A DNA stretch of 35,281 nucleotides from positions 124,001 to 159,281 of the forward strand of contig KZ538069.1 in the NCBI GenBank assembly GCA_000934665.2, written 5' to 3'. Shown piece by piece: positions 1-11,325 of this stretch. The first letter of the stretch is position 1, and each line of letters opens with the position of its first letter. The notes below the pieces were generated by a model. That model was not told where the DNA came from and ran no database searches. It worked only from the letters and a program-made list of their open reading frames with translations. The DNA is from Catajapyx aquilonaris (taxonomy: Eukaryota). Position numbers and translations under genes: made by a program.

Positions 1-127
1 TAGCTCTGTAGTGGAAAAGATGTCACACTATCATTTCACAGTCATACTGGCTTAGCAATGAACATTATCTAATTAGGATTTGTCCTCAACATGTTGTTCA
101 ATTAACTTATGGTATGATTTTCTTAAC

Positions 128-882
128 TTTAAAAATAAAGCCAATAAATTGAAACATGGAAAGCAAAACCAAGCTAACTCCAGTGGGGGGGGGGGGGGGG
201 GGGGNGGGGGGGGGAAGGGACTTGGGCACTTCTTGCACTGACCCCTCGGACCGCATAGAATGGACCATCGCACATCCACGGAATTTGCAGGGAAGTTGCA
301 GCTGGCGATTCAACACCCATCCACAGTGCTTACTTTTTGTTAGCTTACTTTTGTATTCCACACTCCATGGAAGAGAAAACCGAAACAACTCCAAGAGGGC
401 TTCGTGGAGAGGGGGTTACTACAAACGTGTGTTGTGCAGTACCTAAATGTCCGACAAGCATCGTTTCAACGTGGATGGGTGTTGAATCGTCCGCTGCAAC
501 TGCCCTGCATAATAGAAAAGTAAGCTAACCCCAATGGATTAAATCCATTGGAGTTAGCTTACTTTTGTATTCCACGCTCCCATGGAAGAGAAAACCGAAA
601 CAACTCCAAGAAGGCTTTGTGGGGAGGGGGTCACTACACAGGTGTGCTGTGCAGTACCTACATGTCCAACAAGCATAGTTTCAACATGGATGGGTGTTAA
701 ATCGCAGACTGCCACTTCCTTGCAAATTCCATGCATGTGTGATGGTCCCTTCTATGCTTTCCAAGGGGTCAGTGCAAGAAGTGCACAAGTCCTTTTCCTC
801 TCCCCCCCCCCNCCCCCCCCCACTGGAGCTAGCTGTTTTGATTTCCATGGTTCAATTACAATATTCCACAATGATTTTTAAA
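128..882. mobile_element. Old foldback/MITE-like element with poly-G/poly-C arms
   Basis: About 128-325 is the imperfect reverse complement of about 685-882; near-perfect central hairpin at 516-566; internal direct repeat about 339-490 / 553-704. Confidence 0.7.
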
Positions 883-969
883 AACCCTGACACAACAGAT
901 GAGACTACTTTTTATTTTGAGTCACCTACAACTGCACATGTAATTCCTTCAACAATGCCTACCCTGACT

Positions 970-3900
970 TTATTGCCTTTGTGCCTTTGGACTTGCAATT
1001 ACCACCAATTTACCACGAAAACCACACCTCAGGAGGACCAGTCTTGAGGCTGGCACATTATAACCCATTTTAACCCTCCCAAACACATGCTTCAACCCAC
1101 AGACAACCGCGAGATATTCAAGACGCGAAAAAGTTACACAATCACCCAAGCAGAAGTTGGCTGGCATCCTGTGTTTGTAGGGAAGTGGAAGGGGAGGAAG
1201 TGCCTGTTTTTAGCAGAGGAAATGGCAAACCAAGCTTCCTAGGAATTATCTGTGGACTCCGTAGCAACAAGGGCAATGTCACTCCCTCTCGAAAAGACCT
1301 CAAGAAATGCACCAACTCACCCCCACGTCATGGCCTGTGTCTTCCTCTGTCCCCAAGAGCAGCAAGCCCTCCTCAAAGCCCCAACCAAAATCTCTTCTCC
1401 CATCAAGCCCCCAACCACACCCTCCCAGCCCTATTTTCCATCCGAGTCCGGCACGACACCCGGCTTTTCAACCGATGATTCAAGCAGGTGCAACCTCTCT
1501 TCGCCGCGAGAGGAAGGGACTGGGAGTGGGGGAAGAGAGAGGGAGGGATCCAACACCAAAATATACCCCCGCTTCAGATGCGCAGACTCCCCCTCCTACC
1601 CCTATAATAACTGCATGATTTCCTGCTACACACGACATTCAATACCTTGGGCAACCTTTAGCCCCGCGACACCTCTTGGAAAGCCCCAACAAGGCCCCCT
1701 TCTTATGTGCAGCATATCTCATTTGACACTTTGACCGATTCGGCGGAATTAAAAATATCAGGATGTTTCCCAGTGTCTCGTGCATCGTGTTGAAAGCAGC
1801 CTCCCATATATTCCATCTTCGTCCTTGGTTTCCTCCTACTTTTATTGCTCTGGGAATACACCATTGATTGCTGAACAATAGGATTTCCGTGACGTCACCT
1901 CCAAATTGTCCTCTCCGAACAGGCATTTTTTTTTCTTCCCCTCCATCCCCCAGGCTCTCCCATGAGCCGGCCGCCCCCGTCAGGCCCGTCCAACACATTG
2001 GGGGCCACCATCATCGCCCCCGACTTGCGTGATTGTCCCACGAAACGGAAAGCAAACTGAGTCACGGTGATATAGTCCCGCCAAAAAGGTTGTGACATCT
2101 CCGGGGCGTTATCGCCACGATAAACCGACGGCCTGCACCGCACTACAAAAGCAAAAAGGGGGGGGGGGGGGGGGGGGGGGGNGGTGGAGCGGAAATCAAA
2201 AATAAGTATTGATAAGCCCTCCACGCCTTGAGACAAACAAGACGCACGTCTCCTCTCACAAGCTGTATAATAACAAAAGCAAGACGCCAATTTGGGTCAA
2301 ATTCCCGAAATTGGCACGCGAAAGTCCCGGCATCTCCCTGATTACTTAATCTGACAAAGATACCCTTGATTATTAGCTTATTAGTGCAAACGCCTGCCGC
2401 GGGAGGCGCAGATGTTAATTAGCCAAATGAGGGGTACAGGGACGTAATTAACCATCTGGGAATCTCAGCTCACAGGAAAGAGATTTTTTTTTTTTTTTGC
2501 GAACTTTCTATTTCCCGAAATATTCCATTTGTGGTCGATACAGTCATTGGAACCGTAACCTATGAATCAATAATGATAAAAATTGGGCATCAGCCACCAT
2601 TCCCATCAAAATTAAAATTCTGGAAAGTTCCTAGCACTACCTGGCCATTTCAAGTACGAAAAATTCGCAAATTCGGGAGTTTCTGGCCCATATTTTCGAA
2701 GCTCGCGGAAGAGATACTTTTTCACCTATTATTATCAGGATCTATTCCACTAAAAATTATTAATCCACAAAAATGAAGCCTGGCATGGATCCTTTTCGAA
2801 GGCGTTACAAAGAGCACACAATTGACCCGGCGCAAGCCTATGAATCAATATGTCTCATGTTCTTAGAGCCCCGCGGTATCCCAGAGGTTTTAAAATTCGA
2901 GCATGGAAAATGAGGACCGCCCTTGTCCAAAAATAGACGACTGGCATATCTCAGGCCGTGCCTCGTCACATTGTACTACATGAAAAACGGCTTAGCCGCC
3001 ATTAGTTTACAAACTGCAGTCTGTAGCATGTCTAAAATGTCCTTAAAAAACACGTTTCTGTCTCTTCTAGCCTCGCAATATCCAAGGGCAATGGACTTAG
3101 GTAGTTCTCGTTTTCCATACTTCAATTGGCATAGTTAGTACTGCACATAATAACCCGAGAAGTACAATGGCCCTGCAGCAGTGAAGACCATCATCATCCA
3201 TATGAGAGACAATTTCTGTCCATCCCACGTGCCTGTTAATTTCTTTCGTGACATATGTAGGCATGCGAAGCGTGGGTGGTGGGACGGAATATGGCAGGGG
3301 GAAAGGGTGGTATACAAGACAATGAAAATGCGCTCAGCTCCTTCCCCCTACTACCCCCCTCCAGAGCGCATTTTGTCCGCCCTATATCTTTCATCCCCTG
3401 CACCGCCCTTGGGGAATCAAAAGGCGTGGCAGTTGTACTTTAAAGGTCGTCGGCCTAACCTATCATGGATCCAGACTGGAGCAAACATAGCCCCGGATTA
3501 CATGGGACCAATCAAGCACCAGCTGACTCCACTCGAGGATAGTCCACTAATACACCATGGCGGTCATTCCATCGCCTTGTTTTTCATCCACAGAAATTGA
3601 TCAGATAGGTCAATAAGCCGCTTTTTAAATAATAAAAAAAACACCTGGCAGCTGGGATTATATAGCTATGGTAACCAGATGGAAGCAGGTGGTAATCCGC
3701 CCGCTTCAACAGGTGAGCAAGTTCTACAAAGGGTCTCTTTTTTTACTCTCCAATCCCCCACCCCCACCCCTTTCCCTTTCTCACTCTTCCAGGCCACCTC
3801 CTTCATATCACCTCCATCGAGACGCCTTGAGGATGGGGGTGAAGTAACAAACCTCATCACTTTCCCTTTCTCCCGCACTGTGGTGCAATTCTGCCCCCCT

Positions 3901-5700
3901 GGCCACATCTGTTCACCTGCCACAGGTAAACAGCTAGGGAATCAACCAAGAATGGCACTTTCCTGTGGATTTTTCTATTTTTCCGGATTGACACGTACGG
4001 TTTCGACATGATCCCATCAGCTGACGGTTCTTTTGATGAATACTCCAGTCTACTTGTGGCATCTACCAGGCAGGTGCAAGGTCTCCGCCTCTAAAGAGGG
4101 AGGTGATTACACGCACCTTTTCATGTTTATGCACCGCACATGTTTGCTGCTGCTTCTGCCATGCAAACAATCGGAGAACCGCCCAGTACACAATGCCAGA
4201 GCCCACGTTACAATTGTTGCTGCACCCAACAGACACAACCCTGGTGCTGCACAAAAGCCAATCCTGCGCGTTCTGCTTCGAGCTCTGATTGCAACTGAAA
4301 ACACGATGGCCTTCAATTCATCCCTGCAATACTGGCAACAAATTCCGTATACCAAAATTAATTTTCCGACATCAATCCCTGGCTCTCCTATTTCACCCCC
4401 TTCTCATCAAACTCTGGCGCCACTCCCACCAGCTGCAAAAATAAATCTCACGGTATGCAAAAAGCTACTGTTCACCCATACAGAAAAGGACCATGGAACA
4501 CAGCAAGGTCCACAGAAAAACAACACGCTCCAACCTTGAGCCTTAATTACCATACTTGACGTCGGATCAGCCCTACTGCAAGAACAACAGGATCCCCCCC
4601 TTACCCCTTCATCGCAGCGGCCACGGGGTGACCAACGTGACCCTACCTGGCCCAGTAGTGCCCCTGTGAAGGCATGGTCCCGCCCTGCCAATTCCAACTG
4701 GACACCCCGACCGCTCCCATCGAGAGGCAACAACACACTCGCGGCCAAGAGGAAGAACCAGCATCCCAACCAACCCTGCTGCCGCCGCCACCACGGCCGC
4801 TACTCCAGTCCACCCCCAGGAAACACTTGATTAGGAGGAATCCGCCTACTCTGGGGAGGAGGGGCGCCAATTTGGCCATGTCAGAAAATTGGTACCTTCC
4901 AGTACACGAGGAGGATGGCCGCATGAGGAATGGAGCAACATTTCGGGGTGGCGGTCGGGGTCAACACGACATGCACACCCACAATAAATATACCCAGCAG
5001 GCAACCCTTTGGGGGGGGGGGGGGGGGGGTNNNNNNNNNNNNNNNNNNNNNNNNNNNNNNNNNNNNNNNNNNNNNNNNNNNNNNNNNNNNNNNNNNNNNN
5101 NNNNNNNNNNNNNNNNNNNNNNNNNNNNNNNNNNNNNNNNNNNNNNNNNNNNNNNNNNNNNNNNNNNNNNNNNNNNNNNNNNNNNNNNNNNNNNNNNNNN
5201 NNNNNNNNNNNNNNNNNNNNNNNNNNNNNNNNNNNNNNCCCCCCCCCCTGTATTTAAAAAAAAGGAAGACTTCCCTACGCTCTACTACTATGTGTAGTGA
5301 GGCAGCAAGGCTGCAATCAGATCCCCTTGCAACACGGAAGTTACCCCAAATTCGGCCTTCAAGCACTGGCAATGCGCGTTTGTAACCCGCAAGCCAAATA
5401 ATACCGGGTCCGCTCCCACTTTCATCAAAGCGGACAGGTTGCCCCCCTCAGCATTGCAGAAGTGATTCAATGTAGTGCAAACAGGCGCATGACTCATTGG
5501 AAAAAGTACTGTGTCGCTCCCGGATTTGGTTGCAAAAGCTCGCGCGAAAAGACTTGCCGGTAAAAATAAGCGCTCCCCAGAAGTGGTGCATTTTTAAAAC
5601 CCACTAAGCTGAACAACCACACCAGTCAGCCCATCCCACTGGCATGACCTGTCCAGCGACCCAACAAGCACGCTTCCCCAAGAGGGTATCAACAGAGTTC
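970..5700. other. GC-rich block of decayed small ORFs of unknown origin (candidate viral or large-DNA-transposon remnant)
   Basis: Dense ORFs (minus: 970-1203, 1639-1926; plus: 3181-3600, 3679-4011, 4033-4539, 4103-4288, 4674-gap), small intron-like units, and AATAAA close to ORF ends. No recognisable hallmark protein. Confidence 0.35.
5031..5238. other. Assembly gap flanked by poly-G and poly-C
   Basis: 208 N between a G-run (5011-5029) and a C-run (5239-5248). Confidence 0.99.
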
Positions 5701-6339
5701 ATCGGCATTTATCACTGGAATTCTGACAGTTCAGCAGTGTGTCCTATAGTGACAACTTCTCTCTCTCTTTTTTTTCCCCTTCTTATTCATCCACGCCCAG
5801 TAGGGTGGACTTATTCGAAAAATGTAGCACATGTGTTTCATTGCATACTCGAGCATTCCAAATAAACAAAAGAAAATATATGGCCCCTGATAGGAGCAAA
5901 AACGAAGTTCGTTTTACTGGCGAGTAAATATGAGATGAGTTCCAAAGTGATATGTTTGATTTTTTGTTTTTTTGTTTTTTTGGCTGGTAGCCACGTTTCT
6001 GTTGCAGTATGTGTAGCCAAATGAATTCGTCACAGTGGACATTTTGTATGGACATTTTTCTGCCCAGATTATTTTCCTAAAGCTTCGAAAAAGTTGTACT
6101 AGCTCTCCATATGGCAAACAAAATATAAGGCTTCATGCCAAAAAATTCAATCCTATAAACAGGTCACTTTGGAATGCACCTCCTCATACAGCCAAACATC
6201 CATAATACCTGCCACGTTATTGACATGTTGCCATGCTGGTGTGATTTTGTGCTACACATCCCATGACATTGTAGAATAACAGCTGGTGGCAGGTAGTGTG
6301 ATATAGCCCAGGTTTTGCATTGATATTGTTTGGTAAATA

Positions 6340-6496
6340 CAGTATAACCTCGATATAACGCGCCAGCATATAACGCTTTCCGCCTTTTAATGCCCCCTTT
6401 TTCCGATCCCTTGATAATTTCCATAAGGTAAATTTTCCCGCATAAAACGCTACTTTTGGGCGGTCCCTTGAAGAGCGTTATATCAAGGTTTTACTG
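6340..6496. mobile_element. pogo/Tigger-like MITE
   Basis: TA|CAGTATAACCTCGATATAACG ... CGTTATATCAAGGTTTTACTG|TA terminal inverted repeats with TA target duplication. Confidence 0.85.
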
Positions 6497-7451
6497 TAGT
6501 TCTAAATAAAACACTGGACTAAGTGTGGTACAACCTACTTAAGTGATCGACCAACTGAATGATCAAAATTGTTCTTGCATGTTACTGGTACATAACTAAG
6601 AACATGAGCCATACCCATGATTCCCAGCCACAGATTTGTTGCACAGAAGCATGCCTATCATTGTGTATTCCCATTCATCCTTTATCCAGTTATACAGTAT
6701 ATCTTGCAAAATCTACTTTATTGTCAGTGCTACATCAAATATACTGTGTGCCCGAAAGATCTGCATTGGTGAAAGTATCCATACAGGATATGCTCACATC
6801 ATTTTACAACTGAGCACTGTCGTTATACTGTAGTAGGTAAGGTCTTTCATTAATGTCAAATCCTAATCATTGTGCAGTTATCTATGGAACTAATATCGCA
6901 CCAAGTTTCCTTATGGTCCATAGAAACCATTCCATAACACATAGTAGGTATGAATGTATCCTTGCCACCACTTTGAAAATGGCACCCAACTATTGCTAAG
7001 AAACCTATAACATACTTTTGCTTTACTTTGCAACATATTAGGAGCCTAGTAAGAAGGGTAGTCACTTATAAAAATACACTGGAGCACCAAAGCACCACTG
7101 GAACACCTACTCAGAACACACATTCACAGCATCTCTGAAGGCCTTGGAGAATTACCCAGGTGTACACTGGAGCACTAAAGTGACTACTTTCTTTGCCTAG
7201 TAACATCAATGATAAAATAAACAGGTTTCAGTACACCCCTGCGTTATTAAGAGTGGTGCTTCATTGCATTGTAAAAATGTGACTGCACCAGTATTCAATA
7301 AAAAGAAACCTGCTAAATGAGCATTAACACTCAAGGCACAAAATACATCATTCAATAGATATTTCAATGCATAAAAAGAACTTAGACATGCCCCAAAGAT
7401 TCTAATAAATATTACAGATTCTTGAAACAGTTAGTGGATTCAGAATTTTGT

Positions 7452-7782
7452 GGGAGGCGTGGTGGGCGAGTTGGTAACGACTTGGACTGCTGAGCAGAAG
7501 GTCCCGGGTTCGATCCCTGCCCGGGAGTTCCCTTTCACCTACGTAAGAAGGGTCTCAGATCCGCGCCTTGGAAGCCTCTGGCAACCTAACCTTCAGGGAG
7601 ACTGCACATAACCCAGTATTATGACATTGCACTAGCACCTGTGTCCCCTCTCACTAAAAATCCCCATCCTTACCCCATGTCCTTTCTTCCCTGCACAGAA
7701 CTTGAAGAAAAAATCACTAGAAAATGGACATATGGTGGTGTTCCACCCTTCTAATGGGGTATAAGAAAGAAAATAACAAAAA
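7452..7782 (+). mobile_element. tRNA-derived SINE, family A copy 1
   Basis: A box (TGGGCGAGTTGG), B box (GGTTCGATCCC), body similar to 17991-18366, A-rich tail, degenerate TSD tcagaatttt/tcaaaatttt. Confidence 0.8.
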
Positions 7783-9097
7783 TCAAAATTTTCGATAAGT
7801 GCCATTTTGAATGAATTGGCAATAAATGACTGCTTTGAAACTGTTTTCTACGCCATAAGAAAGCTGTCTACTAGATGTGACACTTTCAGACTCTCTATCA
7901 TGATAGTGGAGAGAGAGATACATCACTCATTATCTTGTTTATAAAGCTCAACACTAACAGCAATGACTTGCACATAGAAACATCCCACTGTTCCTGCATA
8001 GTCGATATTACACACAAGGTGAAACTTGTATATAACAAAATCCACGTGGGTCCATCCATAAATCTGTACATGTACTAGCATAAGTGATAAACAGAAGTTA
8101 TATGGCTGCTAGAGCATTATTTTTAAGCACATGGAATGCATGAAGTATGTCGTTCAAAATATGCTTTAATACAGTATGTATCTACATTGGTGTAAAGTAA
8201 CGCTCTTAATATTCAATAAATTAACAATGAGATGTAGCAAAATCACTCCATTCCATGAAAATTTCCGGTAATAAGTTTCCACTATGTAACGTACAACACA
8301 AAACTATTTTTAAACTATTTACAGATCATTCACAAGTTTTTAAATTGGTGTCTTCCAGTCCACATTTTTCCAGAATCAAATTTGTGGGGTCTCACCACCA
8401 ACTTTTCACCACACAAGGCGATTTTTTTTCAAGCATACACCATTCATACCCATTTTTCACCCTGCCCTAGGATCATCCAATTTGTGAAACAGCTTTTTTT
8501 ATGCAGTACAAATTCTGCTATACAAGATTTGCCGTACTGAGGGACCAAAAAATGCTCTCAGTTTCCGCATTAGACAGAATCTGAATAACCTGCCAAACTC
8601 ACTCCAAGGACAGCAAAAATTTTACGCAGGAAGTCTTACACAAGTTTCCTGTGTATCCAGGGCCTGCCATAGACAGATTTTATTGTATTAGTAGCCTTTG
8701 AAACAGTGAGTTCAGAAATTCTTAAATCTTTGTTTTGAGCTATGTTGCAATTTGGAATCTTCTTCCATTCATTATGCTCTTGACGATTTTGTGAACGTAA
8801 CTTAATATGTGGTATCACATATCAGGACAATCCTGACACTGAATTAGAAAGCATATGGGAATCAAGACTGACACACACATAACTATTTGGGTCACAAGTA
8901 TGACCACATGCATTATTAGCAACTTATTACATTAAATGTACCAATACATGTTATTCAATTTGACTCCCAAAACCTACCAATCATAAGCACACTCGCACCC
9001 TTTTTGGAACACAAAAATCACCTTGCCCTCATATTATTCCAAATTGCATGCACCTGTCACTTATGTAGGGAAAATGCTATTGAGGAATTGAACTTAC

Positions 9098-9196
9098 CTC
9101 ATGGTGGTGGCACCTGTGAATCCAGTCTGTCCCTGCCTAGCCACCAACCTGGCACTGCCACTATCAGGCTCTTTCACTCATCCACAGCTGATAAGT
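9098..9196 (-). CDS. Putative 99-nt exon containing 5'UTR plus start codon (ATG AG| = Met-Ser/Arg) of the unidentified gene
   Basis: Acceptor ttgacatttctttcattccag|, strong Kozak GCCACCACCATG (ATG 9102-9100), consensus donor GAG|GTAAGT. Only 5 coding nt, so no product can be assigned. Confidence 0.55.
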
Positions 9197-11325
9197 CTGG
9201 AATGAAAGAAATGTCAACATCAGTTTCCTTGTAATCTTGGCAAGGTAACTCCATAAATGGTTCCAACTGTTACACTGCCAGTTCTGAGAAGGCATTAAAA
9301 ACCTAATGCAATTTCACTCCAAAGAAGCTGTAGTGGCAGTGACCATAATGATTCACTTCCTATTGGTGAAGCACTTGCATGTAATGTGCTTGGCCTCAGC
9401 CAAAAGTAGTGTAAACAGTCGCAATATCACGGTGTGTCTGCCAAGGTTTCTGCACAACTAGCAAGATATTTTACACTTAAGCTGGTTATCTTATCTGCTT
9501 CGCTAATGCAATGAAATCATACCTTGCTAGAAGAATGTGCCATATGCCTAAAACTATCACAGCGAAACTGAGTTCTCTGCAGAATTTGTGGAGAGTCAAA
9601 GTCCATGCATAAGACTATGATAGGTACACATTCCTTGCATGATGACACACTTTTCCACAGTCCATTACACTTTTTACATATCCTGTGACACCATTCTGCT
9701 CTACTTAATTTTACTCAAATTCTCATTCCGATAAAAATATCCAATCCATGTTTCTGAAGTTATAACAGACTAGGTGTTAATAATGGGAAGGGCATTATAA
9801 GGGGTACTCAAGTTGATGGAAAAACTCGCTACGTCACACAAGATCCCTATTTGTTGGATTAGGCTCAATTATCAGATCCTCAAGTAGAGAAAATATTGGC
9901 TTCGTCTCAGGTTATGCTTTTAATGAAAGGTATCAAAATGATCTCATTTTCTACGTTTTAACAACATACTTCCCCCATCACACCCTGAACACCCTGCAAG
10001 GTCAAAATAAGTCAGCGTATTGGCCACTGCTACTGCTAAGATCTCTCTAGGCATCCCATGGCATTCCTACTAATTTTTTTAAAAAAAGAGAGAAGTCATG
10101 TCAAAATTGGAGCATTGTCTTTTTATCGCTATAATTGGAAGCACTAAACACCTCATCCTTTACTGTCCCAACAAATTATAACATTCACAAAAGAGCTCCT
10201 GATATTGACCCAACAACCTAGCATTCCAAGGCATTTCCCTAAACTCATTGGGCCGTAATCAGAAACACAGAACAGCACAGAATTGGCAGTCCTTACTTTT
10301 ATTTCCAGGGGAATAAGTAGGTCCACAAGAAAGTCACATTCAGAAACACAGCATGGGCCTGATTTATGCCACACACTTATGTTTAGATTTATGCCATACA
10401 CTTGTAGTGTACAAGTTTGACCATAGACTCATTTGGATCCAGGTACCTGTACACCCAGATTATCTGAATTATCTGGATCCAATTCCTAACAGTTAAAAAA
10501 TACACGCGTCAATCACATGCAAACAGACCAGAGACCTGATAAACTGCAGGTACAGAGATCTTAGTGATTTGTGTAAGTCTTTTCTACCTATAAAAAAGTT
10601 TGGTTGATGTAGGAGCAGAAGCAGCACTGGCATTGAGCCAAATGTCAATCCCCATGAGCATAATTGGGCTCGCTCTGGAAGCATAATGTACAGAGCAATG
10701 AGACTGTTCCTAGCACCAGCAGGAGCAGGGGTGTATAAAAATGGACAGGTGGCATGTGGGCAATACTGAGAGTTACAGACGACCATAATGGGTGGAGAAA
10801 AAGGTTCCTGGAGGGAAAAGTCCCCCACCCTTGTGGAAACTAAGAGGGAAATGGTTGGGAGTGGGGGTATCTTAGTTTGAATTTATACTGGTTCTGCTGT
10901 CACTCTTATGGGGCCATCTGAACTCTAGAGGGCCCTAATCCATGGGGTAACTCCATAGTAATGTATCTAAGTTGTACGTAAGAAGAAGGAGAAGAAGTTA
11001 CCCTGTGCCTGTGAATAAGTTTACTTAGCTGCCTCGAGCCCAACATCAGTCAAAATTTTGTAATGGGTGAGACCTAGCTGAAACCCTACAAGTGACTACT
11101 GTTCTTAGATTAATTTGCAATCATGTCCACATATGGTTGACTGACCTAGCTTTGAATCAGATTGACACTTGTAACATGGACAATATATTCTGCTCCTTAA
11201 CAATTCACAGAAATGTTAACATGTTCCTGTGTCAACAACATAGCAGTGATATTTCCTTGAAATGCCTTCTCTACTGGGGATTCTGGAAAAACCTGAGTGC
11301 AAACTAAAATTCTGAGAATTTTTAA

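Noticed and set aside
1252..1734. 160-aa plus-strand ORF, extendable upstream through two stops
   Set aside because: The C/A-rich strand is naturally poor in stops, and splice and poly(A) signals favour the minus strand. Not excluded entirely.
2091..5400. TGTGAC (2091) and TGTAAC (about 5381) as possible LTR starts
   Set aside because: No direct repeat pair, PBS or gag/pol similarity was found.
5502..5560. KKYCVAPGFGCKSS, a THAP-like start
   Set aside because: No start codon, a stop follows within a few codons, and no further THAP residues.
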